From Lentisphaeria bacterium (GTDB lineage Bacteria > Verrucomicrobiota > Lentisphaeria > JABSQK01 > JAWLHB01), in contig JAWLHB010000008.1 in the NCBI GenBank assembly GCA_041690595.1, forward strand, positions 186,001 through 238,840: DNA of 52,840 nt, written 5' to 3'. A program made the position numbers and the translations under genes. A model generated the notes under the pieces. The model worked only from the letters and a program-made list of their open reading frames with translations, was not told where the DNA came from and did not search any database. Shown piece after piece: positions 20,777 to 31,290 of this stretch (within the stretch, counting starts at the first letter, position 1; every line of letters begins with the position of its first letter).

Positions 20777-23700
20777 ATGAATCTTCGCCTGCTACTGCCC
20801 TTCCATCTCCTGATCATGGCGTGCCTGCCGGTCTTTGGCGCCGACTCGTCCGAGCCCCAGAACCGCCTGATCCTGCCACTCGCGGAGCAGGCGCCGATGC
20901 TCGATGGGGTGATCGACGACGCTGAATGGCAGGCGGCAAGTCGTGTTGACGGCTTTGGCTCCGACCCGCGAATGGCGCGTGCCTACATCATGGCGACGCG
21001 GAGGCACTTCTACCTCGCGGTTTGGTCGCAACTGCCGGCAGACGGTGGCCTGATGACGCTTGTCGAGAAGGACACCGCGGCGATGATCCATGATGACAGC
21101 ATCGAGGTGTGGCTCGATCCTGGGCCCCTGAACCAGAACGGCCGGCGCTACCAGTTCATGACCAACCCGCTGGAGCACGTCTTCGCCCGAATGCTCGGAC
21201 GCGGTACGGTCAAGAATGACACCAGCTGGAAGGCCGATTGGCAAAGCGTCAGCAAGCTGCACGACGACGCCTGGCACTGCGAAATGGCGATCCCCGTGGC
21301 CGATCTCGAGCCTGACCGCGACATCACCAAGGGCGTCTGGAGCATCGACCTCTGGCGCAACTGGAAGCGACCCTGGATGCAGGCATTCATGGGCACCACC
21401 TTGGTGAACGTGGTCGCCGAGCAGGTGCCCGTCATCTCTCTGCATAACCGCGGTGAGCGCTACAAGGGCGATGTGCACTATGCGCTGAGCGTCTACAACC
21501 CTGGCGGCACGGCCTCCACGCTCAAGGCCCGCATGGAGGCCGCCCGCGATAGCATGCCCTCCGTCGTCGCCGAAGAGACGCTGACCGTGCCCGCTGGCGA
21601 AACCCGCGAGCTGGTGCTCAAGGAGAACGACACGACTGCCCGCGAGTGGCACCTCGACGTAAAGGTCACCGACGAGAGCGGCGACGTCGTCCGTTTCGAG
21701 CACGGCGCTGACTGGAAGGCCATCGGCGCCTACCAGTGGGTCACCGAATACATCGAGCTCCTGCCGCTCGACTTCCGCTTCGCCTATCATCCCTCGCAGA
21801 ACCGCCTGCGCATCGAGGCCGACGCAACCAACCTGCCCGACGACGCCACCCTCGAAACACTCACCGCGGAGGTCCGCAAGCAGGGCGGCGAAACGGTGAT
21901 GACCGTGGCGTTCGACAACCTGGTCGACGGCCGCCAGGAGCTGTGGGTGACGCTGCCGAAGCTCGAGGGCGACTACGAGATCGCCCTCCAGGCGACCGGC
22001 GTCAACGTACCCGAGGATGAGGTGGTGCAGAGCTTCATCCGCCACCGCTTCCCCTGGGAAGGCATGGGCTACGGGATCACCGACAAGGCCTTCGCGCCCT
22101 TCACGCCGCTGGAGGTGGATGGCACCACCGTCCGCAGCGTCATGCGCGAGCACGCCATCAACGGCGTCGGCCTGTGGGACAGCGTCGTGGCGGAAGCGCA
22201 GAACACAGGCGCGAAGAAGGAGCTGCTGGCCGCGCCGATGCGCTACGTCGTCACCTTGGACGGCAAGAACGCCGCGGTGCAGCCGGGCGAACTCAAGGTG
22301 CTTTCGCGTAAAGAAAACGAAGTGAAGGCGCGGGTGCCATTCCGGGCTGGTAGCCTCGATGCCGTGGCGGATCTGACCATGGAAGTGGACGGTATGATGC
22401 GCGTCGATCTGACGCTCAACAGCTCTGCCGGACAGTCCCTCGATGGCCTGGTGCTGGAAATCCCCATGCAGGCAGAGCATGCCACCATGCTGCACGCCAT
22501 GGCAGACGGACTGCGCAACACCGTCAACATCACGCTGCCCGAAAAACAGGGTGAGATCTGGACCGCCGAGCAGTTACTCAACCGTGATATCCCGAAGAAT
22601 TTCTGCACGCTGGCGCTGCTTGCCTCCGAGGCCCGCGGGCTGACCTGGTTCACCGCCAACGACTACAACTGGAGATGGAACCCCGAGACGCCCAACCTGA
22701 CCATCGAGCGGGATGGCGATGCGGTGGTCATGCGCGTCCACCTGGTGAATCTGCCGATCGTCATCGACGAACCGCGGACGCTGACCTTCGGCCTGCAGGC
22801 AGCGCCGGTGAAACCGCGCCAACACAAGAACCGCTTCCGGCGCTTCCGGGAAGACTGGACCTGGGTGCTGACCAGCATCAACTGGGGCTCCTACACCGCT
22901 GCCTTCTCCGCCTACCCGCCGATGCGCGACACGCTCGTCTGGGAGAAGCTCGCCAAGGCCAACGAGCATGGCCCGCTCAGTGAAGCGGAGATGCAGGAGG
23001 TCTTCGACCGCTACCTGCCGTATGTCGGTTCCTTCGGCGTCGAGTGGCGCGGCGAGCCGCAGGCGGAATGGTGGGAGCGTGTCATGCGCCACAATCTCGG
23101 CAAGTCCACGCGGTACGACAAGAAGATGATCTTCTACTGGAACCGCGCCTGCCACCTGCTGGAAGAAGAATTCCTGACCTTTCAGGATGAATGGTACCTG
23201 AGCGACTGGCGCGTCGACTTCAAGCAGATCGGCCGCGAGAACAACCAGCAGATCCTCATCGTCCCGACCGACGACTTCATGGACTTCCACATCTACTGGT
23301 ACGACAAGTCCTTCGACCTCGCCCGCAACCACGGTGTCTACTGGGACAACATGTTCCTGCAGGGCAGCTACAACACCGAACACACCTTCGCCTACGAGCT
23401 GCCCGACGGCAGCATCCGCCCATCGACCGGCATCTGGGGCCTGCGCGAGTTGGTCAAGCGCACTTTCAATCACATGTGCATTCGCGGTATGGAGCCGCTG
23501 ACCTACCCGCACATGACCTCCACGGTCATCCTGCCGGTCTACGGCTTCGCCACCAAGCAGCTCGACCTCGAGTGGAAGATGAGCGAGGGGCCATTCCAGA
23601 CTCGCCACGTCATCGAGTACACGCGCATGGCCACCAGCGGCGAGCTCACCGGTGTCTGGCCCACGGTCCTCAATGCGCGCGATTTCGAGAAGAAGGATCC

Positions 23701-24127
23701 GTACCTGATTCCGCGCTCGTTCACGGGCTGTCTGCTCGTCCACGATGTCTACCACCCCTGTGGCGAAGCCGGCGGCTCGCTGCTGCGCCCTGTCGTGGAG
23801 ATGCTTCGCGACCCGCGGACCAAGGTTATGCGCTACTGGGACGAAGTTGATCCGGCGCCGGTCAGCGGCGGCCATCCGGAGGTGTACTGGATTGCCCACT
23901 ATATTCCCGGCGAGAAGGCGCTCATCACCTTCGTCAACTACGCGCCGACGCCAGTTTTCTGGCAGGGGCAGGTCCGCCCGGAGAGCTTTGGCTTCGACGC
24001 CAATGCGACCATCCAGGACGCCTTCAGCATGGAGGACAAATTCCCCGAGTTGCCGGAGGGCGTGCGATTCCGCATCCTCGGCTACGATGCAACCATGCTG
24101 GAAATCTTGCCGGACGACGGGCAATAG
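20777..24127 (+). CDS. Large secreted protein: CBM9-like N-terminal domain + DUF6067/GH123-like putative glycoside hydrolase
   Basis: Signal peptide MNLRLLLPFHLLIMACLPVFGA; APMLDGVIDDAEW and DDSIEVWLDP (CBM9-like); FGLQAAPVKP, GVYWDN and GIWGLRELVKR. Confidence 0.65.
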   Translation: MNLRLLLPFHLLIMACLPVFGADSSEPQNRLILPLAEQAPMLDGVIDDAEWQAASRVDGFGSDPRMARAYIMATRRHFYLAVWSQLPADGGLMTLVEKDTAAMIHDDSIEVWLDPGPLNQNGRRYQFMTNPLEHVFARMLGRGTVKNDTSWKADWQSVSKLHDDAWHCEMAIPVADLEPDRDITKGVWSIDLWRNWKRPWMQAFMGTTLVNVVAEQVPVISLHNRGERYKGDVHYALSVYNPGGTASTLKARMEAARDSMPSVVAEETLTVPAGETRELVLKENDTTAREWHLDVKVTDESGDVVRFEHGADWKAIGAYQWVTEYIELLPLDFRFAYHPSQNRLRIEADATNLPDDATLETLTAEVRKQGGETVMTVAFDNLVDGRQELWVTLPKLEGDYEIALQATGVNVPEDEVVQSFIRHRFPWEGMGYGITDKAFAPFTPLEVDGTTVRSVMREHAINGVGLWDSVVAEAQNTGAKKELLAAPMRYVVTLDGKNAAVQPGELKVLSRKENEVKARVPFRAGSLDAVADLTMEVDGMMRVDLTLNSSAGQSLDGLVLEIPMQAEHATMLHAMADGLRNTVNITLPEKQGEIWTAEQLLNRDIPKNFCTLALLASEARGLTWFTANDYNWRWNPETPNLTIERDGDAVVMRVHLVNLPIVIDEPRTLTFGLQAAPVKPRQHKNRFRRFREDWTWVLTSINWGSYTAAFSAYPPMRDTLVWEKLAKANEHGPLSEAEMQEVFDRYLPYVGSFGVEWRGEPQAEWWERVMRHNLGKSTRYDKKMIFYWNRACHLLEEEFLTFQDEWYLSDWRVDFKQIGRENNQQILIVPTDDFMDFHIYWYDKSFDLARNHGVYWDNMFLQGSYNTEHTFAYELPDGSIRPSTGIWGLRELVKRTFNHMCIRGMEPLTYPHMTSTVILPVYGFATKQLDLEWKMSEGPFQTRHVIEYTRMATSGELTGVWPTVLNARDFEKKDPYLIPRSFTGCLLVHDVYHPCGEAGGSLLRPVVEMLRDPRTKVMRYWDEVDPAPVSGGHPEVYWIAHYIPGEKALITFVNYAPTPVFWQGQVRPESFGFDANATIQDAFSMEDKFPELPEGVRFRILGYDATMLEILPDDGQ

Positions 24128-24159
24128 TTTCCATGACCAGACCCACTGGAGTCCGTCCC

Positions 24160-24873
24160 ATGAAGACATGTCTGCTCGCGTTGTTTGTGCTGCTGCCTGT
24201 CTTTGCCCAGGACTTGCCGCCCGCCTGGGCGGAGCTGGTCATCACCCATGAGACCTTCGATGAAGCAGAAGCCGCGGTCACCGATGGCGCGCTCAGCGGC
24301 AGGAGTCTGCCTGGGGAGTGGTCGCTCAGCGATGACCAGCTCTCGCCGCACCAGCCGCGCACGTTCTCCTTCTGGTGGGCGCTCACCGAAGCCCACCCCG
24401 ATGATGGCAGGATCAACTGGCTGCGCCTGATCAATCGCCAGCGCGGCTATCTCAGCTACTTCTCCAAGGGCAAAGGCCAGTGGAAAGCTCTGGAGGAGCC
24501 CGCCGGCAGCCTTCAGGTCTGGAACCTCGATGGCATTGCGAATACCGAGGCCCGCACCGACCTGACCATGCGCGAAACGGTCGACCTGACGCCCGGCGTC
24601 TGGCACCATACAGCCGCCGTCATCACCGGTCGCAGCGTCGCCGTCTACATCGACGGCGAGCTCTGGCGCGAGATTCAGCTCGAGGGCCGCGCCATCGACG
24701 CCGAGCACGGCATGATCCACCTGACGATCGGCGGGGCGGCCGAGCACTTCACTCCCATGCTGCTCGACGAGATTATCATCCTGAAGCAGGCGCTCAGCGC
24801 CGACGCCATCGACGCCTACTTCCAGGCGGTCCGCGCCCAAATGCAACTCAACCAACCCCAGCCGGCCCAATGA
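24160..24873 (+). CDS. Secreted LamG / concanavalin A-like lectin domain protein
   Basis: Signal peptide MKTCLLALFVLLPVFA; GVWHHTAAV..VYIDG and LDEIIILKQALSADAI. Confidence 0.8.
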   Translation: MKTCLLALFVLLPVFAQDLPPAWAELVITHETFDEAEAAVTDGALSGRSLPGEWSLSDDQLSPHQPRTFSFWWALTEAHPDDGRINWLRLINRQRGYLSYFSKGKGQWKALEEPAGSLQVWNLDGIANTEARTDLTMRETVDLTPGVWHHTAAVITGRSVAVYIDGELWREIQLEGRAIDAEHGMIHLTIGGAAEHFTPMLLDEIIILKQALSADAIDAYFQAVRAQMQLNQPQPAQ

Positions 24874-26015
24874 CGCCTCGCGATCGTTACCGCCAGCTCA
24901 AGCGATGCGAGCCCGGCCTGCAACCGCCGAACATGGACCACGGCCCGCTGCTGGATACCTGGGAACGCTGGCTCCGTGAAGGGCTCAACCCGAACCTGGA
25001 TCCCCGGGACTACGACGCCTGGTGCGAGGCTTTTGGTATCGACCGCTACTACTGCTGCGTGAGCATCGAGCCGCCACGCCAGCCGCTCTTCGCGGAAGAA
25101 ATCCTCGCCGAAAGCCAGCGCACGGTGACCCGCCGCCAGGCCGATGGCTCGATCATCGAGGAGAACAAGAGCACCTCCAAGACCATCCCCCACGAGCTGC
25201 GCCCCGCGATAGTCGACCGCGACGACTGGGAGCGCCTGAAGGCCTGGCTCGATGTCGATGGCCCGCTGCCGCCGGCCGACTCGCCGGCCGTGCAGGCGAC
25301 GTTTCAGCGCGCCCGCGAAGCCGACGTGCCGGTGCGCCTCTCACTGGGCTCGCTGGTCGGCACGCCCCGCAACTGGCTCGGTTTTCAGGCCTTCGCCATG
25401 CTGCCTTACGACGACCCCGAGTGGTTTGAGGACCTGCTCGAGACTCAGTGCCACGACGCCGAGCGCCGGGTCCGCTACTTCGGCGAGGCAGGCGTGCCGC
25501 TGGACTGCCTGCATTTCTGGGAGGACATCTGCTTCAAAAGCGGCCCTATCGTCAGCCCCGCCATCTTCGCCACCTACGCGGTGCCCCGCTACCGGCGCGT
25601 CGTCGAGCTGGCGCGCGCGTACGGCTATGACCAGATCTCCGTCGACTCCGACGGCAATATCGACGCGCTCCTGCCCCACTGGCTGGAGGCCGGCGTATCC
25701 CTGATCTGGCCACTGGAAGTGCAGGCTGGCATGGATGTGAACCAGCTGCAGGCGCAGTATCCGGGACGTACTGTCTGGATGGGCGGCATCCACAAGTACC
25801 GTTTGACCGAGGGGCAGGACGCCATCGCCGCAGAGCTCATGCGGGTAAAGCCGGCTGTCGACGCAGGCGGTTACATCCCGATGCTCGATCACAATTGCCC
25901 GGCCGACGTGCCGCTCGACCACTATCTCATCTATCTACGCCTGCGCCATGAAATCCTCGGCCTGGGCGATCGGCTGCCCGACGAAACCCGTATCAGGAGA
26001 GCCTGCCCGTCATGA
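24870..26015 (+). CDS. Uroporphyrinogen decarboxylase (URO-D/MtaA-CmuA) family protein #1
   Basis: MTPRDRY..., WEDICFKSGPIVSP, DSDGN, PLEVQAGMD, GGYIPMLDH. ATGA coupling to the upstream gene. Confidence 0.85.
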   Translation: MTPRDRYRQLKRCEPGLQPPNMDHGPLLDTWERWLREGLNPNLDPRDYDAWCEAFGIDRYYCCVSIEPPRQPLFAEEILAESQRTVTRRQADGSIIEENKSTSKTIPHELRPAIVDRDDWERLKAWLDVDGPLPPADSPAVQATFQRAREADVPVRLSLGSLVGTPRNWLGFQAFAMLPYDDPEWFEDLLETQCHDAERRVRYFGEAGVPLDCLHFWEDICFKSGPIVSPAIFATYAVPRYRRVVELARAYGYDQISVDSDGNIDALLPHWLEAGVSLIWPLEVQAGMDVNQLQAQYPGRTVWMGGIHKYRLTEGQDAIAAELMRVKPAVDAGGYIPMLDHNCPADVPLDHYLIYLRLRHEILGLGDRLPDETRIRRACPS

Positions 26016-27508
26016 CCCGCCCCAACATCCTCATCCTCATGGCCGACCAGCACCAGCAGGCCACGCTGGGCTGCTACAGCCACCCGCTCGTGCAGACACC
26101 CCACATCGACGGCATCGCCGCCCGCGGCACCCGCTTTGCCAACGCGTTCTGCACCTCGCCGCTGTGTGGGCCGTCCCGCGTCTCCTGGCTCACTGGCACC
26201 TATCCGCATACCAACGGCGCCTGGAACCACCCCAACAATCGCCATCGCTCCGGCAAGGGGTTCAAGCCGCAGCTCTCCGAAGGCATCGAGTCGCTGGTGC
26301 AGAATTTCCGCGATGCCGGCTGGCATACCCATGGCTCTGGCTATATGGGCTATCACGTCTTCGATGGCGACCACGACCTGGACAAAGATGGCGAGCGCAT
26401 GGGCTTCGCTTCTACGGGCATGCGCGCCTCGGATTACGAAGAGAAGGTCGGTCGAGAGGTCGCCCGGCGCTACAACCTTGGCACCATCGAAGGGGAGATG
26501 TGGGAGCCCAGCTACGACAATGTTGAAGGCGAGGCCTTCCCCTACGCCGAAGAGCTGATGTGGGATCGCCAAATCGCCGCGGACTGCACCGACTTCCTGC
26601 AGCGCCATGATGGGGAGCAGCCATTCTTCCTCTACTGCGGCTTCCGCGCGCCGCACACGCCCTGGTGTCCGTCCCCGTCGTTTCACGGCCGCCACGATCC
26701 GGCTGCCATCAAGCTGCCCGATTACCGCGCTCAGCACCACCACATTCCCCGCCGCCTGCGCGAGCGGATCGAGTACTTCGACATCCATTACTATCCGGAG
26801 GAGCTGGTGCGCACCTCCATGGCCATGTATTGCGACTTTGTGAGCTGGTTGGACGACTGCGTGGGGAAGGTGCTGCAGGCGCTCGAAGCCAGTGGCCAGG
26901 CCGACAACACCATCATCGTTTACACCGCTGACCACGGTGAGATGCTCTACCAACATGGCCTCTGCGAGAAGCAGTGCTTTTACGAAGCGTCCATTCGTGT
27001 GCCGTTAATCCTTTCCTGGCCGGGACAGATCCCTGCGGGCCAGTCGAGCGACGCGCTGGTCTCGCTGATGGATCTGATGCCGACACTGATGACTGCCTGC
27101 GACGTCGACGTGCCCGAGCATGTCGAGGGTATCGACCTCTCACCTACATTCACCGGAAACGCAGGTCGTGAACAGGTCTTCAGCGAGTTCTACCACAATC
27201 TTGATCCTTGCCGCATGGTGCGCGACCACTGCTACAAGTACATTCATACCGAAGACGATATCGACGAGCTGTACGATTTGCAGCACGACCCAGGCGAGCT
27301 GCTCAATCTCGCCTGGTACCCGCAGTATGCCGGGCTCGTCGAGCACTACGAACAGCTTGTCCTGGCCGACTGGGAGATCCCTGAGGTACCGCTCTGGTCT
27401 GCCTGGAATGATCTGAACGAACGCAAACAAAAGCAACGGCTGGCAGGGATGGACATCATCGACACGCGTCCGCCACTGCCAGACTGGGCAAAGCGAGGCC
27501 CGGCATGA
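26012..27508 (+). CDS. Formylglycine-dependent (Cys-type) sulfatase
   Basis: PNILILMADQ, TPHID, SPLCGPSR, ADHGEM, LYDLQHDPGELLN; no signal peptide. Confidence 0.93.
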   Translation: MTRPNILILMADQHQQATLGCYSHPLVQTPHIDGIAARGTRFANAFCTSPLCGPSRVSWLTGTYPHTNGAWNHPNNRHRSGKGFKPQLSEGIESLVQNFRDAGWHTHGSGYMGYHVFDGDHDLDKDGERMGFASTGMRASDYEEKVGREVARRYNLGTIEGEMWEPSYDNVEGEAFPYAEELMWDRQIAADCTDFLQRHDGEQPFFLYCGFRAPHTPWCPSPSFHGRHDPAAIKLPDYRAQHHHIPRRLRERIEYFDIHYYPEELVRTSMAMYCDFVSWLDDCVGKVLQALEASGQADNTIIVYTADHGEMLYQHGLCEKQCFYEASIRVPLILSWPGQIPAGQSSDALVSLMDLMPTLMTACDVDVPEHVEGIDLSPTFTGNAGREQVFSEFYHNLDPCRMVRDHCYKYIHTEDDIDELYDLQHDPGELLNLAWYPQYAGLVEHYEQLVLADWEIPEVPLWSAWNDLNERKQKQRLAGMDIIDTRPPLPDWAKRGPA

Positions 27509-28590
27509 CCGTTTCGGAACGTTACCTGGCTTTCATGTCTTTCCAGAGCGTCGATCGGCCGCCGTTGATCCGGCCTGGCGGCGTCTTTGGCGCCACTCGC
27601 CGCCGCTGGGAGAGGGAAGGACTGCCGGCGGGCGCCGACCTGGACGATTACTTCGGCACCGAGTCGATGCCGGTCGCCTCACCGCCGGTCGACACCATGC
27701 TGCTCCCGCGGTTTGAGGAGGAGATCCTTGAGGAGACGGACGAGTTTGTCATCATGATCGACAGCCATGGCGTGCGCTGCCGCAACTTCAAAACCGATGG
27801 GCCGTCCATGTCCGAGCACCTCGAATACCCGATCAAGGGGCCGGAGGATATCGACTGGCTGCGCGAACGGCTCGCCCCGAAAACGCCCGGCCGCATCGAT
27901 CCCGACTGGCTCGCCAAGGCCGAGGCCAAGCGCGAAGCCGACGCCCTTGTTCAGCTCAACGGTGGCATGTACTTCGCCTTCCTCAACGAGCACATGGGCA
28001 CTGAGACGCTGATGATGACTTACTACGACGCACCGAACTTCATCCACCAGGTCAACGAGCTGCTCTGCACCCTCTGCGAGCAGGCCATGCAGACGGTGCT
28101 GCCGCACTTTCAGGTGGACCGCATCGGTTATCACGAGGACATGGCCTACAAGAACGGCAGCATGATCTCACCGGCACAGTTTCGCGAGTACATGCAGCCA
28201 TACTACGAGCGAATCACCGCCATCACCAGTCAGTACGGGATCGACCACCATCTGATGGACAGCGATGGCGACATCCGCGGCCTCATTCCGCTCTGGCTGG
28301 AATGCGGTATCAATGGCTTCGCTCCACTCGAAGTGGCCGCGGGGATGGATCCAGTGGCTTTGCGGGCTGAATACGGGCAGGACATTCGCATGGAAGGCGG
28401 CTTCGACAAGCGGATCCTGGCATCCGACAAGGCCTCCATCAAGCGTGAGTTCGAACGCCTGGCACCGGTCATTGACGGCGGCGGATTTCTACTCAGTTGC
28501 GATCACACGGTACCGCCCGACGTCCCGTTTGAGAACTTCGCGTACTTGATCGAGCTCATGAAAACACACTTCGGCATGTCATCCAGATGA
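27505..28590 (+). CDS. URO-D family protein #2
   Basis: VDRPP, HEDMAYKNGSMISP, DSDGD, PLEVAAGMD, GGFDKR, DHTVPPDVPFENF. Confidence 0.88.
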   Translation: MTVSERYLAFMSFQSVDRPPLIRPGGVFGATRRRWEREGLPAGADLDDYFGTESMPVASPPVDTMLLPRFEEEILEETDEFVIMIDSHGVRCRNFKTDGPSMSEHLEYPIKGPEDIDWLRERLAPKTPGRIDPDWLAKAEAKREADALVQLNGGMYFAFLNEHMGTETLMMTYYDAPNFIHQVNELLCTLCEQAMQTVLPHFQVDRIGYHEDMAYKNGSMISPAQFREYMQPYYERITAITSQYGIDHHLMDSDGDIRGLIPLWLECGINGFAPLEVAAGMDPVALRAEYGQDIRMEGGFDKRILASDKASIKREFERLAPVIDGGGFLLSCDHTVPPDVPFENFAYLIELMKTHFGMSSR

Positions 28591-28743
28591 ACAAGAAACC
28601 CAACATCCTGGTCTTCATGACCGATCGGCAGCATCACGCGAGAAACGGTCGAATCCCTGCGCATGCAACTGCTGGCTTGGATGCTGGCAACGGACGACAA
28701 AGCGGGACGTGGTGCCAAAGGCATTCTTGATCGTCCCTACTGA
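28587..28743 (+). pseudogene. Sulfatase remnant: N-terminus joined to C-terminus by an internal deletion
   Basis: ATG overlaps the URO-D stop and gives MNKKPNILVFMTDRQH. Immediately after, another frame reads ETVESLRMQLLAWMLATDD...Y*. Confidence 0.75.
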
Positions 28744-28813
28744 CGTCACGGCAACACAAGACTGGTTGGCAGCTGAGGGCAGCAGCCAGATTGGGAAAAC
28801 GGCGACCAGTCGC

Positions 28814-28851
28814 TTGCATTTTTTCGAGCCTAACATATAGTAAGGTATAGT
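28814..28851 (+). promoter_or_regulatory. Putative sigma70 promoter TTGCAT-N16-TATAGT with a second tandem TATAGT
   Basis: AT-rich patch 20-60 nt upstream of the regulator #3 ATG. Confidence 0.5.
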
Positions 28852-28870
28852 TAACTTAGTCGGAGACGGC

Positions 28871-29944
28871 ATGTATACTCAGTTCACCAGAGAACCAACC
28901 GATCAGCGGCCCTTGGCCGAGCAGGTCGCCAACCACTTTCGCCTGCGCATTCGGGCCGGTGACTTTGCATATGGCGATGTCCTGCCTCCTGCCGATGAGT
29001 TGACGGGCGCGAGCCGGATGACGGTGCTCACGGCCTATCGTCAATTGGCAGCCGAAGGGATGGTGCGGCTGCGGCGTGCTCAGGGTACGGTGGTCACGGC
29101 TCGGCAACGGCTCGGCAGCTATGCCATCTTGATCGGCAGCGATGCGCTGGGTCATGGTGGACGCACCTTCATCAATCAGCTACTGGCGGCGCTGATCATG
29201 CATTCGCCCGCTGATCATCAGGCGCCGCGCCTCTACATCATCAACAGCCCCGCCACTCCGACCGACGAAACGGATGCCTATATGCCCGATTCCCTGCATG
29301 AAGACATCGAGAGGGGCATCATCAGCGGGGCGTTTGTCTGGCGACCGAGCGGCTTGCGCGGCGTCCATGGCTGGCTGGAAGACCGCAACATCCCCTGGGT
29401 AAGTATGGGGCGGGAGCACCTGAGGCTGGATGTGGTTGGTGCTGTCTGCGGGTTGCTCGCACATTACAGCCGTAAGGGTCTCCGTCGCGTCGCGATCTGG
29501 AACACCATCGACAGTCATCACCGAGAACAGATCTCGACTGACGAATGCGCGAAAATGGAGGTGACCTGTCACTGTATCAGCGTGCACGGTGACACTGCGG
29601 TCAGCAAAGGGCGCGAGTCGGTGCAGCTTCTCCTGCAGCAGCGGACACTGCCCGATGCTCTGGTTGTAACAGACGACGTCGTTGGGCTGACTGCGCTACG
29701 CGAGCTGGAACTGGCAGGAGTGCGGGTGCCAACCGATCTGCGTCTGGGGCTTTTCTGTCACTCTGGCCATCTGCCCGAAATCCTGCGTTGCTGTGACCGT
29801 TTTGTGCTGGATCCGGAGGTTGCTGCACGTACGCTACATGAGATTATGGCGAACGCTGTCAAGCGTCGCCCCAGTCCCATCCAGCCAGTTTCCTTGAAGC
29901 TCGAACTCGCCGAATCATCTGCCATTCAGAGAGGTACACCATGA
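28871..29944 (+). CDS. GntR HTH + LacI-type sensor regulator #3
   Basis: [38 protein letters not shown]...GVRVPTDL. Confidence 0.88.
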   Translation: MYTQFTREPTDQRPLAEQVANHFRLRIRAGDFAYGDVLPPADELTGASRMTVLTAYRQLAAEGMVRLRRAQGTVVTARQRLGSYAILIGSDALGHGGRTFINQLLAALIMHSPADHQAPRLYIINSPATPTDETDAYMPDSLHEDIERGIISGAFVWRPSGLRGVHGWLEDRNIPWVSMGREHLRLDVVGAVCGLLAHYSRKGLRRVAIWNTIDSHHREQISTDECAKMEVTCHCISVHGDTAVSKGRESVQLLLQQRTLPDALVVTDDVVGLTALRELELAGVRVPTDLRLGLFCHSGHLPEILRCCDRFVLDPEVAARTLHEIMANAVKRRPSPIQPVSLKLELAESSAIQRGTP

Positions 29945-30702
29945 AGGCAAGAATCCACTTCACGTTAATCGAGCTACTGGTCGTCGTTGCGATCATCGGC
30001 ATCCTGGCCAGCATGCTGTTGCCAGTGCTCTCGCAGGCCCGGGAGAAGGCTCGCCGTACCAGCTGCATGAACAATCTCAAGCAAGTCGGCCTGGCCTATG
30101 CCATGTATGCGGATGACGAGGACGGACGGTTGCCGGCCCGATTCGATGTAGCGAATGACAATGCCAACCGCCACTATGGACATATCGGCTGGTACAACAA
30201 CCCTGATGACTACGGTGTCCTGGGACGCCTGATGCAGGGCTGGCGCGACGGCGGCGGCGGCTGGCTCAACGGTATGGATACCATGTATTGCCCGTCCACC
30301 AATGATGTCAACTGGGGCAACATGAACCTGACGTACATGCGCACCAACTTCGAGAAGGCCGGTGGCCGGGTCTGGTTTCCTTACACGGCCAACACCCTCT
30401 TCACACCCCACGACGGCACACTAGGCCCGTATGACCCAAACGGCGGCCAAGGCAAGCTCGACGCCTCCGCGGGCCTGGATCTCATAGCGGTCAGCGAGAC
30501 CTGGAACCTGGTCTCGACCGCCACCTTCATGAACCATTCCGGCGAAGGTCTCACGCCTGAAGGCTTCAACCTGCTCGGCTTTGATGGCTCCGCCAAATGG
30601 GCCAACAATACCAACGATTCCGTTGCCAACTACACCGGTGATTTCAAATCATCGGCGTATTGGCGCTCCGAGATCTGGACGTTTCTCAAGTCGGAACTCT
30701 GA
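29941..30702 (+). CDS. Prepilin-type (DUF1559-like) protein #3
   Basis: [51 protein letters not shown]...[15 protein letters not shown] overlap with the regulator. Confidence 0.92.
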   Translation: MKARIHFTLIELLVVVAIIGILASMLLPVLSQAREKARRTSCMNNLKQVGLAYAMYADDEDGRLPARFDVANDNANRHYGHIGWYNNPDDYGVLGRLMQGWRDGGGGWLNGMDTMYCPSTNDVNWGNMNLTYMRTNFEKAGGRVWFPYTANTLFTPHDGTLGPYDPNGGQGKLDASAGLDLIAVSETWNLVSTATFMNHSGEGLTPEGFNLLGFDGSAKWANNTNDSVANYTGDFKSSAYWRSEIWTFLKSEL

Positions 30703-30741
30703 CCCTCAACACCCCCACACACGCAGGAGCACCCGAACCCC

Positions 30742-31290
30742 ATGAAGACACTTATCTGCATTGCCTTTTCACTATTCGCCTTAGCCGCATCGGCGCAGGA
30801 GGCGCTGATCACCAGCGATTTCAATGACGACCATGAGGGCTGGACGACCTTCCTCCACCAACCCAAGGACGCACCCCAGGCCGAGTGGCTACAGAGACTC
30901 GCCGAGGGGGGAGTGGAGAACAGCGGCTGCCTGCAGCTGACTATTCCAGAGAGCGCCACCGAGAACCCGAAGCTGGACGTGCGCCGCGCCGGCGCGATGG
31001 CCAGCTTCAGCAAAGTCGAAGGCGACACGACGGTACGCGCCACCTTTCACGCCAAGGCTGTCGGCGTCGACAGCTTGCGGGTGACCGTTGCGCGGCCATG
31101 GGGCGGCAGCAAGGGTGATGCCATCACGGTGACCGGTGAGTGGCAGGCGTTCACGGTGGATGTTGTCATCCCGGAGCACCCCTCGACCGGCCTTGTCTTC
31201 TCCATCACGGCTGACGGCAAGACGAAGCTCGGCGCCGGCACAATCCTGCTGGACAATGTCTCACTCGCTGTCGTACCTGCTGCCGAATGA
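30742..31290 (+). CDS. Small secreted carbohydrate-binding (CBM4/9-like jelly-roll) protein
   Basis: Signal peptide MKTLICIAFSLFALAASA; TFHAK, TGEWQAFT, ILLDNVSL. Confidence 0.6.
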   Translation: MKTLICIAFSLFALAASAQEALITSDFNDDHEGWTTFLHQPKDAPQAEWLQRLAEGGVENSGCLQLTIPESATENPKLDVRRAGAMASFSKVEGDTTVRATFHAKAVGVDSLRVTVARPWGGSKGDAITVTGEWQAFTVDVVIPEHPSTGLVFSITADGKTKLGAGTILLDNVSLAVVPAAE

